A stretch of DNA of 63,933 nt, filler included, from Nanobdellota archaeon (GTDB lineage: Archaea; Nanobdellota; Nanobdellia; Woesearchaeales; CAZZGN01), in assembly GCA_051819665.1 (NCBI GenBank). It is 12 parts of 12 records of this genome, joined end to end, with 100 filler letters (N's around TTAATTAATTAA, not from the genome) between each part and the next. Parts side by side here need not be neighbours in the genome. Positions count along the whole stretch, not along the records: positions 13,323 to 19,832 come from JBNJDG010000051.1; positions 19,933 to 26,358 come from JBNJDG010000052.1; positions 26,459 to 32,558 come from JBNJDG010000053.1; 9 more parts are not named here. One strand, given 5' to 3'. The notes below the pieces were generated by a model. It had not been told where the DNA came from and did not search any database. It saw only the letters and a program-made list of their open reading frames with translations. Positions within the stretch are counted from its first letter, which is position 1, and the number at the start of each line of letters is the position of its first letter. Shown in pieces: positions 19,603-27,487 of the stretch. Position numbers and translations under genes: made by a program.

Positions 19603-19676
19603 GGGCTCATGGCTTAGCCTGGCAGAGCAATCGGCTCTTAACCGATAGGTCCGGGGTTCGAATCCCCGTGGGCCCA
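19603..19676 (+). tRNA. tRNA-Lys(CTT)
   Basis: ATCGG-CT-CTT-AA-CCGAT arm, CGGGG-TTCGAAT-CCCCG T arm. Confidence 0.95.
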
Positions 19677-19832
19677 TTCTTATTGTTTCTCGGTTTCATG
19701 TACAAAAGAGCTCAGGATGATAAGGACAAAGTCCTTATGTGGGGAATCCCCGTGGGCCCATTCTTATTGTTTCTCGGTTTCATGTACAAAAGAGCTCAGG
19801 ATGATAAGGACAAAGTCCTTATGTGGGGAATC
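19660..19832 (+). repeat. 84-bp tandem repeat starting with the tRNA-Lys 3' 17 nt
   Basis: identical units at 19660 and 19744; a third starts at 19828 and is cut by the gap. Confidence 0.92.
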
Positions 19833-19932
19833 NNNNNNNNNNNNNNNNNNNNNNNNNNNNNNNNNNNNNNNNNNNNTTAATTAATTAANNNNNNNNNNNN
19901 NNNNNNNNNNNNNNNNNNNNNNNNNNNNNNNN
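19833..19932. other. assembly linker
   Basis: N-run with TTAATTAATTAA. Confidence 0.99.
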
Positions 19933-20117
19933 CCCACCGTGTTGACGAGCACAGAGACCGTATTGCCGGAGAGGAATTCCATCTCGTTCCTTGACTCTGT
20001 AAGGTAGATTCTCTCTTTCGTCGTGTCCCATATCCAAGCAGAGGAGATTATGATGATGATGAAGATGAGAACAGCCAGTACAAGATCCGAAGAGAAGAGC
20101 TGCCCCTTACTGCTCAA
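19933..20117 (-). CDS. class III signal peptide (pilin-like) protein, 3'-truncated
   Basis: KGQ-LFSSD followed by a hydrophobic helix. Confidence 0.75.
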
Positions 20118-20523
20118 GCTGGATCTCACCCCTTTGGTTTGATATATTAAGCCTTCCCTGAGTCAGGGTAGTATTGCCCCCTTCTATACTCGAAGTCACG
20201 AGAGGTACATTGTAATACCTCCTGTCACGGGTTTCCCATTCGACTTTCACAAGCCTGTTGGAAGGCATGACAGTTATATTGAGAGGCGTACCGTCAGAAG
20301 TCGTGTTCCTCACATAGATGAAGCTTGTCGAACCGAAACCGGAAACATAAGCCTCGTTTATCTTCCAAGCTACCTTCTCCCCCATATCCTTAGCATCAAG
20401 AAAATTGCTGGTAGTGTATATCTCAGAATTCCTGAGGTTTATCACATGGAAGATACCGGCAAAAAGAACTAATACAGCTATTGAGATTATTATCAGCTCA
20501 ACGGTAATCTGGCCCTTAGCCAT
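20107..20523 (-). CDS. pilin-like protein
   Basis: KGQ-ITVE class III signal. Confidence 0.85.
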   Translation of the reverse strand: MAKGQITVELIIISIAVLVLFAGIFHVINLRNSEIYTTSNFLDAKDMGEKVAWKINEAYVSGFGSTSFIYVRNTTSDGTPLNITVMPSNRLVKVEWETRDRRYYNVPLVTSSIEGGNTTLTQGRLNISNQRGEIQLEQ

Positions 20524-20926
20524 TGACGACCACCTCGCCGTCTTCAGAAGTCACATTGATCCAGTAATAGCCATCCTCAGGAAGGACAGAACCGGTTATA
20601 TTGAAAGGGACTTTCCTGACAACATCATATCCTCCCGTCCTGGTGCTTATGTTAAGCCTTATCCGACCATCACCTATGAAAGTGGAACTTATACCTCCCG
20701 GAAGTTTGAGGAAGATCTTGGTCTTCGCTCCATCTCCCTCCCTATAGACATTTTCAGCCGCCTTGTGGATCTCATTGACTGTATCTTCCGCCATGAGCCT
20801 CGTTACACGGGTATCATGCATATTAAAGACCTGATTGTTCATCGAAACAAGGACAACAAGGACAATTAGGACGATGGAAAGTATCGCGATGAATTCAAAA
20901 GAAGTCTGGGATCTAACAGCTGCCAT
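20516..20926 (-). CDS. pilin-like protein
   Basis: RSQ-TSFE class III signal; AENVY..G.G. Confidence 0.85.
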   Translation of the reverse strand: MAAVRSQTSFEFIAILSIVLIVLVVLVSMNNQVFNMHDTRVTRLMAEDTVNEIHKAAENVYREGDGAKTKIFLKLPGGISSTFIGDGRIRLNISTRTGGYDVVRKVPFNITGSVLPEDGYYWINVTSEDGEVVVNG

Positions 20927-21338
20927 TATACACCCCCACTGAAACATGACCTATATGGGATGTGAAATTAAGGCAATAACCAGTAGTAGAGTTCGCGACA
21001 GGCACTTCACCTGTAAGATTGAAAGAGGTCTTCCTGTAGCGATCCTGTTCTCCTGAAAGCTCCGTGCGGACAACAAGGCTGTGATTCCGGAAATCTATAA
21101 ACTCAACTCCCGCAGGAACCTTAACATAATCTATCGAGCTCGCGCCGGCACCCTGATGGTATACGTTCTCCGCCTTATTGACGATCTTATCTATAAAGAC
21201 GCTTATCACCTTGGAATTATGGCTCGCCCTTATATCAGAAACTGTTTCCTCCCTGAAACTGAGGATGAAAGAGAATAAAAGTACAATCACAGCCAGAATG
21301 ATGACTGCTTCAACTGATGTCTGACCTCTTTTTTTCAT
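20913..21338 (-). CDS. pilin-like protein
   Basis: KRGQ-TSVE class III signal; AENVY..G.G. Confidence 0.85.
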   Translation of the reverse strand: MKKRGQTSVEAVIILAVIVLLFSFILSFREETVSDIRASHNSKVISVFIDKIVNKAENVYHQGAGASSIDYVKVPAGVEFIDFRNHSLVVRTELSGEQDRYRKTSFNLTGEVPVANSTTGYCLNFTSHIGHVSVGVYNGSC

Positions 21339-21369
21339 ATAATATATATCCATCAACTAATATAAAAGC

Positions 21370-22158
21370 TTAATCCTCATCCACTTCAACGCCTTCATCA
21401 GTTATCCTCATAGGCTTTAGCTCGGGAGAATGATCCGTGCCCCTCATCTTGTATACCTCTATCTTCCTCTTCCTCGAATCATCCTCTCTTACATTGTAGA
21501 GCCTCACAACACCGTCACATTCATACTCAAGGAGATTGAACGGATGATGCTCTATATTACTGTCTGTTCCTTCAGGCTGGCCAATGACAATGGCTGTACA
21601 GCCCCATTTCTTTATGGTCTTGAAAAGATTGAGCGTGGCTTCCTTCCTGGACAGGATATCATCATAAAGCATCGTCAGGGCAGAGATGGAATCGATGACG
21701 ATCCTCTTCGCCCCTATACGGTCTATAACATCCCTTATGATACCTCCACCACCACTGAGGACTTTCTCAACCTGCTCCGGATTGTACCTGAGATAATTGA
21801 ACTTGTTCTCCTTCTCGTACTTGGCAAGATCCCAGCCGAAGACCTTCATCTCATCATAGAATGAATCTTTCTCCTCTTCAAAGCTGACTATCACACCTTT
21901 CTCATCGTAATTCTCTATACCATTGACGATGAATTGTGTGCAGAAGATTGTCTTCCCTGTACCTGCACCACCTTCAACCAGCACAGTAGAACCTTTCCTC
22001 AAACCACCCTGGATAAGACCATCAAAGCCTTCTATGCCCGTCGGCATCCTTCCATGAGTTTGAGAATCAGAACTTCCAGAATTCTTCTTTCTCCCTTTTT
22101 TTTTATTAGGGGCCTTGCCCGGCTTAGCGCCGGGTTTGTCCCAAAAATGTGTTCCCAT
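21370..22158 (-). CDS. KaiC/ArlH-like RecA-superfamily ATPase
   Basis: TGIEGFD, GGAGTGKT, SFEE, RIVIDS, KMRG. Confidence 0.9.
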   Translation of the reverse strand: MGTHFWDKPGAKPGKAPNKKKGRKKNSGSSDSQTHGRMPTGIEGFDGLIQGGLRKGSTVLVEGGAGTGKTIFCTQFIVNGIENYDEKGVIVSFEEEKDSFYDEMKVFGWDLAKYEKENKFNYLRYNPEQVEKVLSGGGGIIRDVIDRIGAKRIVIDSISALTMLYDDILSRKEATLNLFKTIKKWGCTAIVIGQPEGTDSNIEHHPFNLLEYECDGVVRLYNVREDDSRKRKIEVYKMRGTDHSPELKPMRITDEGVEVDED

Positions 22159-22159
22159 T

Positions 22160-22636
22160 TCACTGCTGAGCACATGTTCCTTCCAGTCTATTACCCTTAC
22201 CGTCGAAGACAAATGTGTTCTCACTATTCAGGTCCTTATACTCGATAGATACAGATTCTGTGTACGAATCGCCTGGAGCACTACAAAGAGCAGAGCCATT
22301 TCCTCCTGTCTCCGATTTAGACTCGCCCGTATTGAGTGTTAGACTCTCGCTGACGTCTAATATCTCTTCCTCACCTATTTTAACATTGGTGATCTCTATA
22401 TCGTTCGCCCTGTTATTCTGGAATTCAATATAAACTCCATTCTCTTCACTCATTGAAATCGAATGTGATACTATGCCTATCTCAGCGGATTTCCAGTAAG
22501 CTGCTGATCCTCTGTTCTGCGCTGATCCACCCATCACGGGGAACTGTCCGAGAATACCCGCAACTATCAAAGCTATAATTATCACGATTGCCAAAATGAG
22601 CATGTATTCGGTTGCTGTTTGTGCTTTACGCCTCAT
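22160..22636 (-). CDS. type IV pilin paralogue 3
   Basis: KAQ-TATEY; AYW..A.I; C-terminal EGTCA. Confidence 0.88.
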   Translation of the reverse strand: MRRKAQTATEYMLILAIVIIIALIVAGILGQFPVMGGSAQNRGSAAYWKSAEIGIVSHSISMSEENGVYIEFQNNRANDIEITNVKIGEEEILDVSESLTLNTGESKSETGGNGSALCSAPGDSYTESVSIEYKDLNSENTFVFDGKGNRLEGTCAQQ

Positions 22637-22683
22637 CACAATCACCTCTTGATTTTCTGAAATATCTTCATTTATAAATCTTT

Positions 22684-23160
22684 TTATTTTGCACAGGTCC
22701 CAACAAGCTGGTTCTCCTCTCCTGTAAAGACATACTCTGCTCCTGTTTCCTGATCCACATAGTTAATCTTTACCTTCGCCTTGAAAGTTTCCCCCTCATC
22801 TGTGCATATATCGAAGGCTGTCGTATTCGTAAAAGTATGCGTCCCGCCGGGACTTAGTTTCTTATCTGTTGTGCTGAATTCCTGATAACTTCCGGAAGGA
22901 GAAGTTGTCATGTTTATATTGGTTATCCTGACCTGATCCCTCTTATTATTCCTTATCTTTAAAGAATGGTCATTTGAAGCGGACATCGAATAAGCATAGA
23001 TGGCCATATCGGCAGACTGCCAGTAAGCTTCCGAAGCACGTGACTGGACATCACCACCTATAGAGGGAACGCCGCCGAGAGCGGAGACCACTATGACAGC
23101 TATTATTATCACCACGGCAAGAATCACCATGTACTCTGTAGCTGTCTGTGCCCTTTTCAC
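22684..23160 (-). CDS. type IV pilin paralogue 2
   Basis: RAQ-TATEY; AYWQSA; VGTCA. Confidence 0.88.
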   Translation of the reverse strand: MKRAQTATEYMVILAVVIIIAVIVVSALGGVPSIGGDVQSRASEAYWQSADMAIYAYSMSASNDHSLKIRNNKRDQVRITNINMTTSPSGSYQEFSTTDKKLSPGGTHTFTNTTAFDICTDEGETFKAKVKINYVDQETGAEYVFTGEENQLVGTCAK

Positions 23161-23198
23161 TATATCACCTTAAAGAAATAAAAAAGAATTGCAAACTC

Positions 23199-23711
23199 TT
23201 AGTTTGCACATGTTCCTTCGAGCTGGTTTCCATCTCCATCGAAGATGTATGTAGCACCAGTAGACGAATCGGAATAATTCACCTTGACATTCAGAGTGTA
23301 ATCATCTCCCTGTGTGTCACAGATTGCTGAGTCCCCATTAGTGTCATTAACTACACCAGTGAAAGTCTTTTCTGTACCTGCCCTCATGGGGACTTCTGTT
23401 TCGTTCATGGAGTGAATCGCTTCGCCCGTTGTGGAATCCGAAACTTTGAAATCATTAAGGGATATCGAATTCTCCATGTTATTCTTGACCACCAGCGTCA
23501 CATCAGCCGAAGATGTAGAGACTGAATGCGAAGCTATACCTATGTCCGCAGTCTGCCAGTAAGCGGAAGAAGTCCTAGTCGAGGCCGAACCCCCAATACC
23601 AGGGATGCCGCCAAGGACACCTATAGCGATAAGCGCGATTATTATTACGACTGCAAGGATTATCATATACTCTGTTGCTGTCTGTGCTTTCTTGTAAAAT
23701 TTCGGAATCAT
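23199..23711 (-). CDS. type IV pilin paralogue 1
   Basis: KAQ-TATEY; AYWQTA; EGTCA; own TTTATATA promoter and GAGGTGA SD. Confidence 0.88.
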   Translation of the reverse strand: MIPKFYKKAQTATEYMIILAVVIIIALIAIGVLGGIPGIGGSASTRTSSAYWQTADIGIASHSVSTSSADVTLVVKNNMENSISLNDFKVSDSTTGEAIHSMNETEVPMRAGTEKTFTGVVNDTNGDSAICDTQGDDYTLNVKVNYSDSSTGATYIFDGDGNQLEGTCAN

Positions 23712-23783
23712 TCAATCACCTCAAGATTGATAATATTATAAGAATTTCTGTATTACTATTATATAAATCTTTGCATATAAGAA

Positions 23784-23951
23784 TCATATAAGGCCTTTCT
23801 CACGCCTTTCTTCTTCCTTGGCTTCACGCCGATAAGATGCATATGCATCATCCGGAGAATACTTCGGCGGGAGAGGGGTCACTGCCTCACCACCACAGCT
23901 GCATTCTTCATGCAAAGTGAAACTACCGCATGATCTGCACCTCAGGATCAT
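23784..23951 (-). CDS. nop10: Nop10 (absent from ORF track)
   Basis: MILRCRSCGSFTLHEECSCG...PPKYSPDDAY..YRR; follows eIF2a. Confidence 0.92.
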   Translation of the reverse strand: MILRCRSCGSFTLHEECSCGGEAVTPLPPKYSPDDAYASYRREAKEEERREKGLI

Positions 23952-24724
23952 GACTCCGCCCTCTCGAAAGAGAACTGACAGCCTTTCTCCTCACTCATCT
24001 CTTCAGCCTCATCAAGTATGGCTTTCAATCTCTTCTCGGCAGATTTGTACTCACTGTCTGTAAGGGAGAAACTGTACGCACCAGCACCAAGATATGAGAC
24101 TGACACTTTCTCTTTCTCATCAACTTTCCCGAGTATCTCCTTTATGTCCTCAACTCCTTCACTGTTATAAGAAATAAGCCTTATCTTACCATCAATAGAA
24201 ACACTAGGTGGTTTGATCCTCTGTTTTATGACTTCCTTGAGCGGACCAGCCACGTCCTCAGGGAAGCCGATTTTCTCAAGGACCTGATCATCATTAATAA
24301 CATCCTGGAAGCAGGAGAATACATTCGGATAATTCGAGAAGATCTGCTTCTGTATCCTCTTGAATATATCCTCTTTATCCGTGCCCAGTTTACCTGCAAC
24401 GAACTCTATTATCTTCTCTGCTTTCTGCTCATGCTTCCTCTCATTGACCTTCTCTTTCCTCTGTCCTTCATTGACCCTCCTGAGAGAAAGATCTATATGA
24501 CCTCTGGCCTCATTCACCCTCAGGACCTTGCAGACAACAACCTTGCCTTCCATCACATAATCTCTTATGTTCCTTATCCTTCCGGGTGCTATTTCGGATA
24601 TATGGATCATGCCCGTCTTACCATAGTCCTCTATCTTAACGAAAACAGAGTGATGCTGGACCTTGGTCACAAGGCACATCACGAATTCTCCTTCCTCGGG
24701 CATCCCTTCTTTTTGGTATAACAT
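23948..24724 (-). CDS. eif2a: translation initiation factor 2 alpha
   Basis: S1 domain with IHISEIAPGRIRNIRD, IDLSLRRV; Y.GA..Y. Confidence 0.95.
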   Translation of the reverse strand: MLYQKEGMPEEGEFVMCLVTKVQHHSVFVKIEDYGKTGMIHISEIAPGRIRNIRDYVMEGKVVVCKVLRVNEARGHIDLSLRRVNEGQRKEKVNERKHEQKAEKIIEFVAGKLGTDKEDIFKRIQKQIFSNYPNVFSCFQDVINDDQVLEKIGFPEDVAGPLKEVIKQRIKPPSVSIDGKIRLISYNSEGVEDIKEILGKVDEKEKVSVSYLGAGAYSFSLTDSEYKSAEKRLKAILDEAEEMSEEKGCQFSFERAES

Positions 24725-24728
24725 TTTT

Positions 24729-24914
24729 CTATTCTAAGATCTCAAGTATCCTCGCACTCACCTTATTCTTGCCGCCGGTGGGCTTTGCGAGAGTAGCCCC
24801 GCAGACAAGACAGGCAACGTAAGAAGAGGATTTTCCGAATACAACCTGCTCGTTCTTACATTTAGTGCATCTTACCTTGATAAACTTTGATGATGGTTCA
24901 CCTATTTTCCTCAT
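24729..24914 (-). CDS. rps27e: 30S ribosomal protein S27e
   Basis: PSSKF.KVRC..C.NEQ..F...C..CG..L..PTGGK. Confidence 0.95.
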   Translation of the reverse strand: MRKIGEPSSKFIKVRCTKCKNEQVVFGKSSSYVACLVCGATLAKPTGGKNKVSARILEILE

Positions 24915-24938
24915 ACAATCCACCTCGATATAAGACCC

Positions 24939-25247
24939 TTACTGGAATTCTACCTTTGTTGCCCTGAAACCGGATTTCTGGGTATGTTTCTTATTACACT
25001 CCTTACAGGCATATCTCAGATCGGTCTTCTTAGTTGTCTTGGAACCGGTCTGCTTGAATTTGGTCACTGCAGGCTTAGAGTACCTACCTAGGTTCCCTTT
25101 ACCTCTTGCAAGACCCCTGCTCCTTGCCCTGTACTTAGAGCCTCTTTTCAGGGAATTTCCGGTCTTACGCTTATTACTGGTAATCTTATGTTCAGTATGT
25201 TTCTTACAAAACGGACAATACCTTCTAGTAGTTTTTGGGAGTTTCAT
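24939..25247 (-). CDS. rpl44e: 50S ribosomal protein L44e
   Basis: MKLPK...YCPFCKKHTEH, TKK.DLRY.C.EC. Confidence 0.95.
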   Translation of the reverse strand: MKLPKTTRRYCPFCKKHTEHKITSNKRKTGNSLKRGSKYRARSRGLARGKGNLGRYSKPAVTKFKQTGSKTTKKTDLRYACKECNKKHTQKSGFRATKVEFQ

Positions 25248-25286
25248 ACGGCCGTAAGGATAAAGAAGTCATATTTAAAGCTTTGG

Positions 25287-26357
25287 TTATTCCTCTTTGC
25301 CTGTCTCACTGCCCGTCTGCTCAGTATACTTGCATTTGGGATAATTCGAACAGCCTATGAACTGCCCGTAGATGCTCTTTCTCAGCTTTAGCTCGCTCCC
25401 GCATTTGGGACACTTCTTATCTATCTTTTCCGGTTTCTCAGTCTTCTTGGCCGGGCATTCCGGATTTATGCATAATCTCTGAGGCTTCTTGCCCTTCCTC
25501 ATAATAGAGACCATAGGATACCCACATTCCTGACAGGATTTATCAAGGGACTTTATCATGCCCTGCTGAGGTATCTTGAACGTGGCCTTACAATCAGGAT
25601 AATTATCACAGGCAACGAACCTTCCAAACTTTCCCTTCTTGATGACAAGATTGCCTTTACAGTGAGGACAACCACCCATAGTGTTCTCTTCCTGTTGGGT
25701 TTCCCTGTAAGCGGAGATGAGCTCATTGCCTATATCCTTCTCATGCTTCTTGAACTTATCCAATATGTCCCTGAGGACCTTCTTGGCCTCTTCAATGACC
25801 TCCTGTGGCTTCTTCTTCCTGTTCCTTATCTCTTCCATCTCATCCTCGAAATGTTTAGTGAGTTCCTCATCGAGGATACTAGGCGAGTATTTCTTAAGGG
25901 TATCTATGGTCTTAATCCCGAGATCAGTGACCTCGATCTTCTTCTCCCTGATATATTTCCTCTGGTAAAGAGTATCAACAACTGAGGCCCTCGTAGCTTT
26001 AGTCCCGAGATTCCTCTTCTCGAGCTCCTTGATTATCGAGGCCTGTGTGTACCTTTTAGGGGGTTGAGTCTCCTTAGCATGAAGCTTAATTTTCTCGTTT
26101 ATAACCCCATCTCCTTTCTTACAGGCAGGCATCTCCTGCTCATCAATCTTCAGATAAGGACCGTAATACAGGTGCCACCCAGGTTCTAAGGTCCTTGTTC
26201 CTTTAGCGAAGAAATGCTCATCATTACAATTGACATCTATCTTGACCGTCTGCCTCTTGGCAGGCTCACCGAAGGTAGCCATGAACCTTCTCACAATGAG
26301 ATCATAGACCTTGAACCTCTTCCCCTCTACTTTCGCTAAGGCCCCTGTAGGGTATAT
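25287..26357 (-). CDS. topA: DNA topoisomerase I, 5'-truncated
   Basis: PPKRYT..S, LGTKATR, C-terminal Zn ribbons (F..C.NYP.C). Confidence 0.95.
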   Translation of the reverse strand: MYPTGALAKVEGKRFKVYDLIVRRFMATFGEPAKRQTVKIDVNCNDEHFFAKGTRTLEPGWHLYYGPYLKIDEQEMPACKKGDGVINEKIKLHAKETQPPKRYTQASIIKELEKRNLGTKATRASVVDTLYQRKYIREKKIEVTDLGIKTIDTLKKYSPSILDEELTKHFEDEMEEIRNRKKKPQEVIEEAKKVLRDILDKFKKHEKDIGNELISAYRETQQEENTMGGCPHCKGNLVIKKGKFGRFVACDNYPDCKATFKIPQQGMIKSLDKSCQECGYPMVSIMRKGKKPQRLCINPECPAKKTEKPEKIDKKCPKCGSELKLRKSIYGQFIGCSNYPKCKYTEQTGSETGKEE

Positions 26358-26358
26358 G

Positions 26359-26458
26359 NNNNNNNNNNNNNNNNNNNNNNNNNNNNNNNNNNNNNNNNNN
26401 NNTTAATTAATTAANNNNNNNNNNNNNNNNNNNNNNNNNNNNNNNNNNNNNNNNNNNN
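26359..26458. other. assembly linker
   Basis: N-run with TTAATTAATTAA. Confidence 0.99.
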
Positions 26459-26554
26459 CAGTTCGTTGGAATATACAATAATGTAAGATTACACCAAGGT
26501 ATAGGATACAAAACACCGAAAGAAAAATATAGGTGTGCAATCAATTCGGTTTAG
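26459..26554 (+). mobile_element. 3' end of an IS3/IS481-type DDE transposase
   Basis: QFVGIYNNVRLHQGIGYKTPKEKY matches the integrase-core YNxxRxHxxIGYxTP motif; at a contig edge. Confidence 0.75.
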
Positions 26555-26985
26555 GTTGATTTATTGACATATATCCTGCCATCATCTTTCTCTATTATAT
26601 TATTCCCTGCTTCAAACTCACCGCTGATATTGGGGCCCAGGAAAAAAACATAATCACCAACATCCAGATCCTCTGATTCATTATAACCCATCGTGATGAT
26701 GCTATAATTAGTTCCCAGTGTAGAGCCATTCCTGAGGCCTATATGATAATCAAAACCGTCAAGTGTCTCGGGAAGCCTTATGGTTCTGGTATAACCATCC
26801 TCTACACTGTTAGCAAGCTCCATCTCAGACTCTATGACTTCACCCATATCTGAAAGGATAGCATACTTGTTCTCCCTCTGCATCTCGATCATCTGGGTAT
26901 TGAGGAAAATAAGGAAAACAGAAAGCGTCATGACCATTATGCCGATCACGAGCGAAAACTCTATCGAACTTTGAGCTCTTTTCAT
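26551..26985 (-). CDS. pilin-like protein
   Basis: KRAQ-SSIEF class III signal; V..GY.R...LP. Confidence 0.85.
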   Translation of the reverse strand: MKRAQSSIEFSLVIGIMVMTLSVFLIFLNTQMIEMQRENKYAILSDMGEVIESEMELANSVEDGYTRTIRLPETLDGFDYHIGLRNGSTLGTNYSIITMGYNESEDLDVGDYVFFLGPNISGEFEAGNNIIEKDDGRIYVNKST

Positions 26986-27443
26986 TTTATCATTACAGAA
27001 ACATTGTCCTCATTGGCAATGAAGCTTATTTCCTTATTACCCTCAGTGAAACATGCACTCTTATAAATATCCGAGTCTGTACACTTAGTGTCCATATCCT
27101 CATAATAGATGCCGTCCATTTTTATATTTGAGAAGAAAGGGCTTGAGGAATTCTTATCACCGAAATAGAAGACAATCTGCTTACCCTCATCAAGTATCTT
27201 TATATCCTTTATCTTCTCGGGAAAATTCTGCTTTATCGTGACCCTTGCCGGAGGACCCATGTAATAGACAGTCTCTGCAGTATCGATCATCTCGTTCCCT
27301 ATCTTCTCTATCCTCTGTACAATAAGATCGTCAGTCTGATCAGTAGAATACGTATAGAACATATGTATCACTGGTATCAGGACCAGCATTGAAAATCCTA
27401 TCACAGCCAGATGTTCGACGGCAAACTGTCCTTTAGCTATTAT
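26982..27443 (-). CDS. pilin-like protein, probable ATA start
   Basis: in-frame (I)IAKGQ-FAVEHLAVIGFS upstream of the tracked start; GAGGTGA SD. Confidence 0.8.
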   Translation of the reverse strand: MIAKGQFAVEHLAVIGFSMLVLIPVIHMFYTYSTDQTDDLIVQRIEKIGNEMIDTAETVYYMGPPARVTIKQNFPEKIKDIKILDEGKQIVFYFGDKNSSSPFFSNIKMDGIYYEDMDTKCTDSDIYKSACFTEGNKEISFIANEDNVSVMIK

Positions 27444-27487
27444 GAATCACCTCTTTCTCCAGACAGAATATCCCTTATATTTAAATT

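Noticed and set aside
19660..19832. CRISPR interpretation of the tRNA-adjacent repeats
   Set aside because: Whole units are identical with no unique spacers, and no cas genes are present
19668..19880. 70-aa repeat ORF
   Set aside because: Translation of the 84-bp tRNA-tail repeat running into the gap
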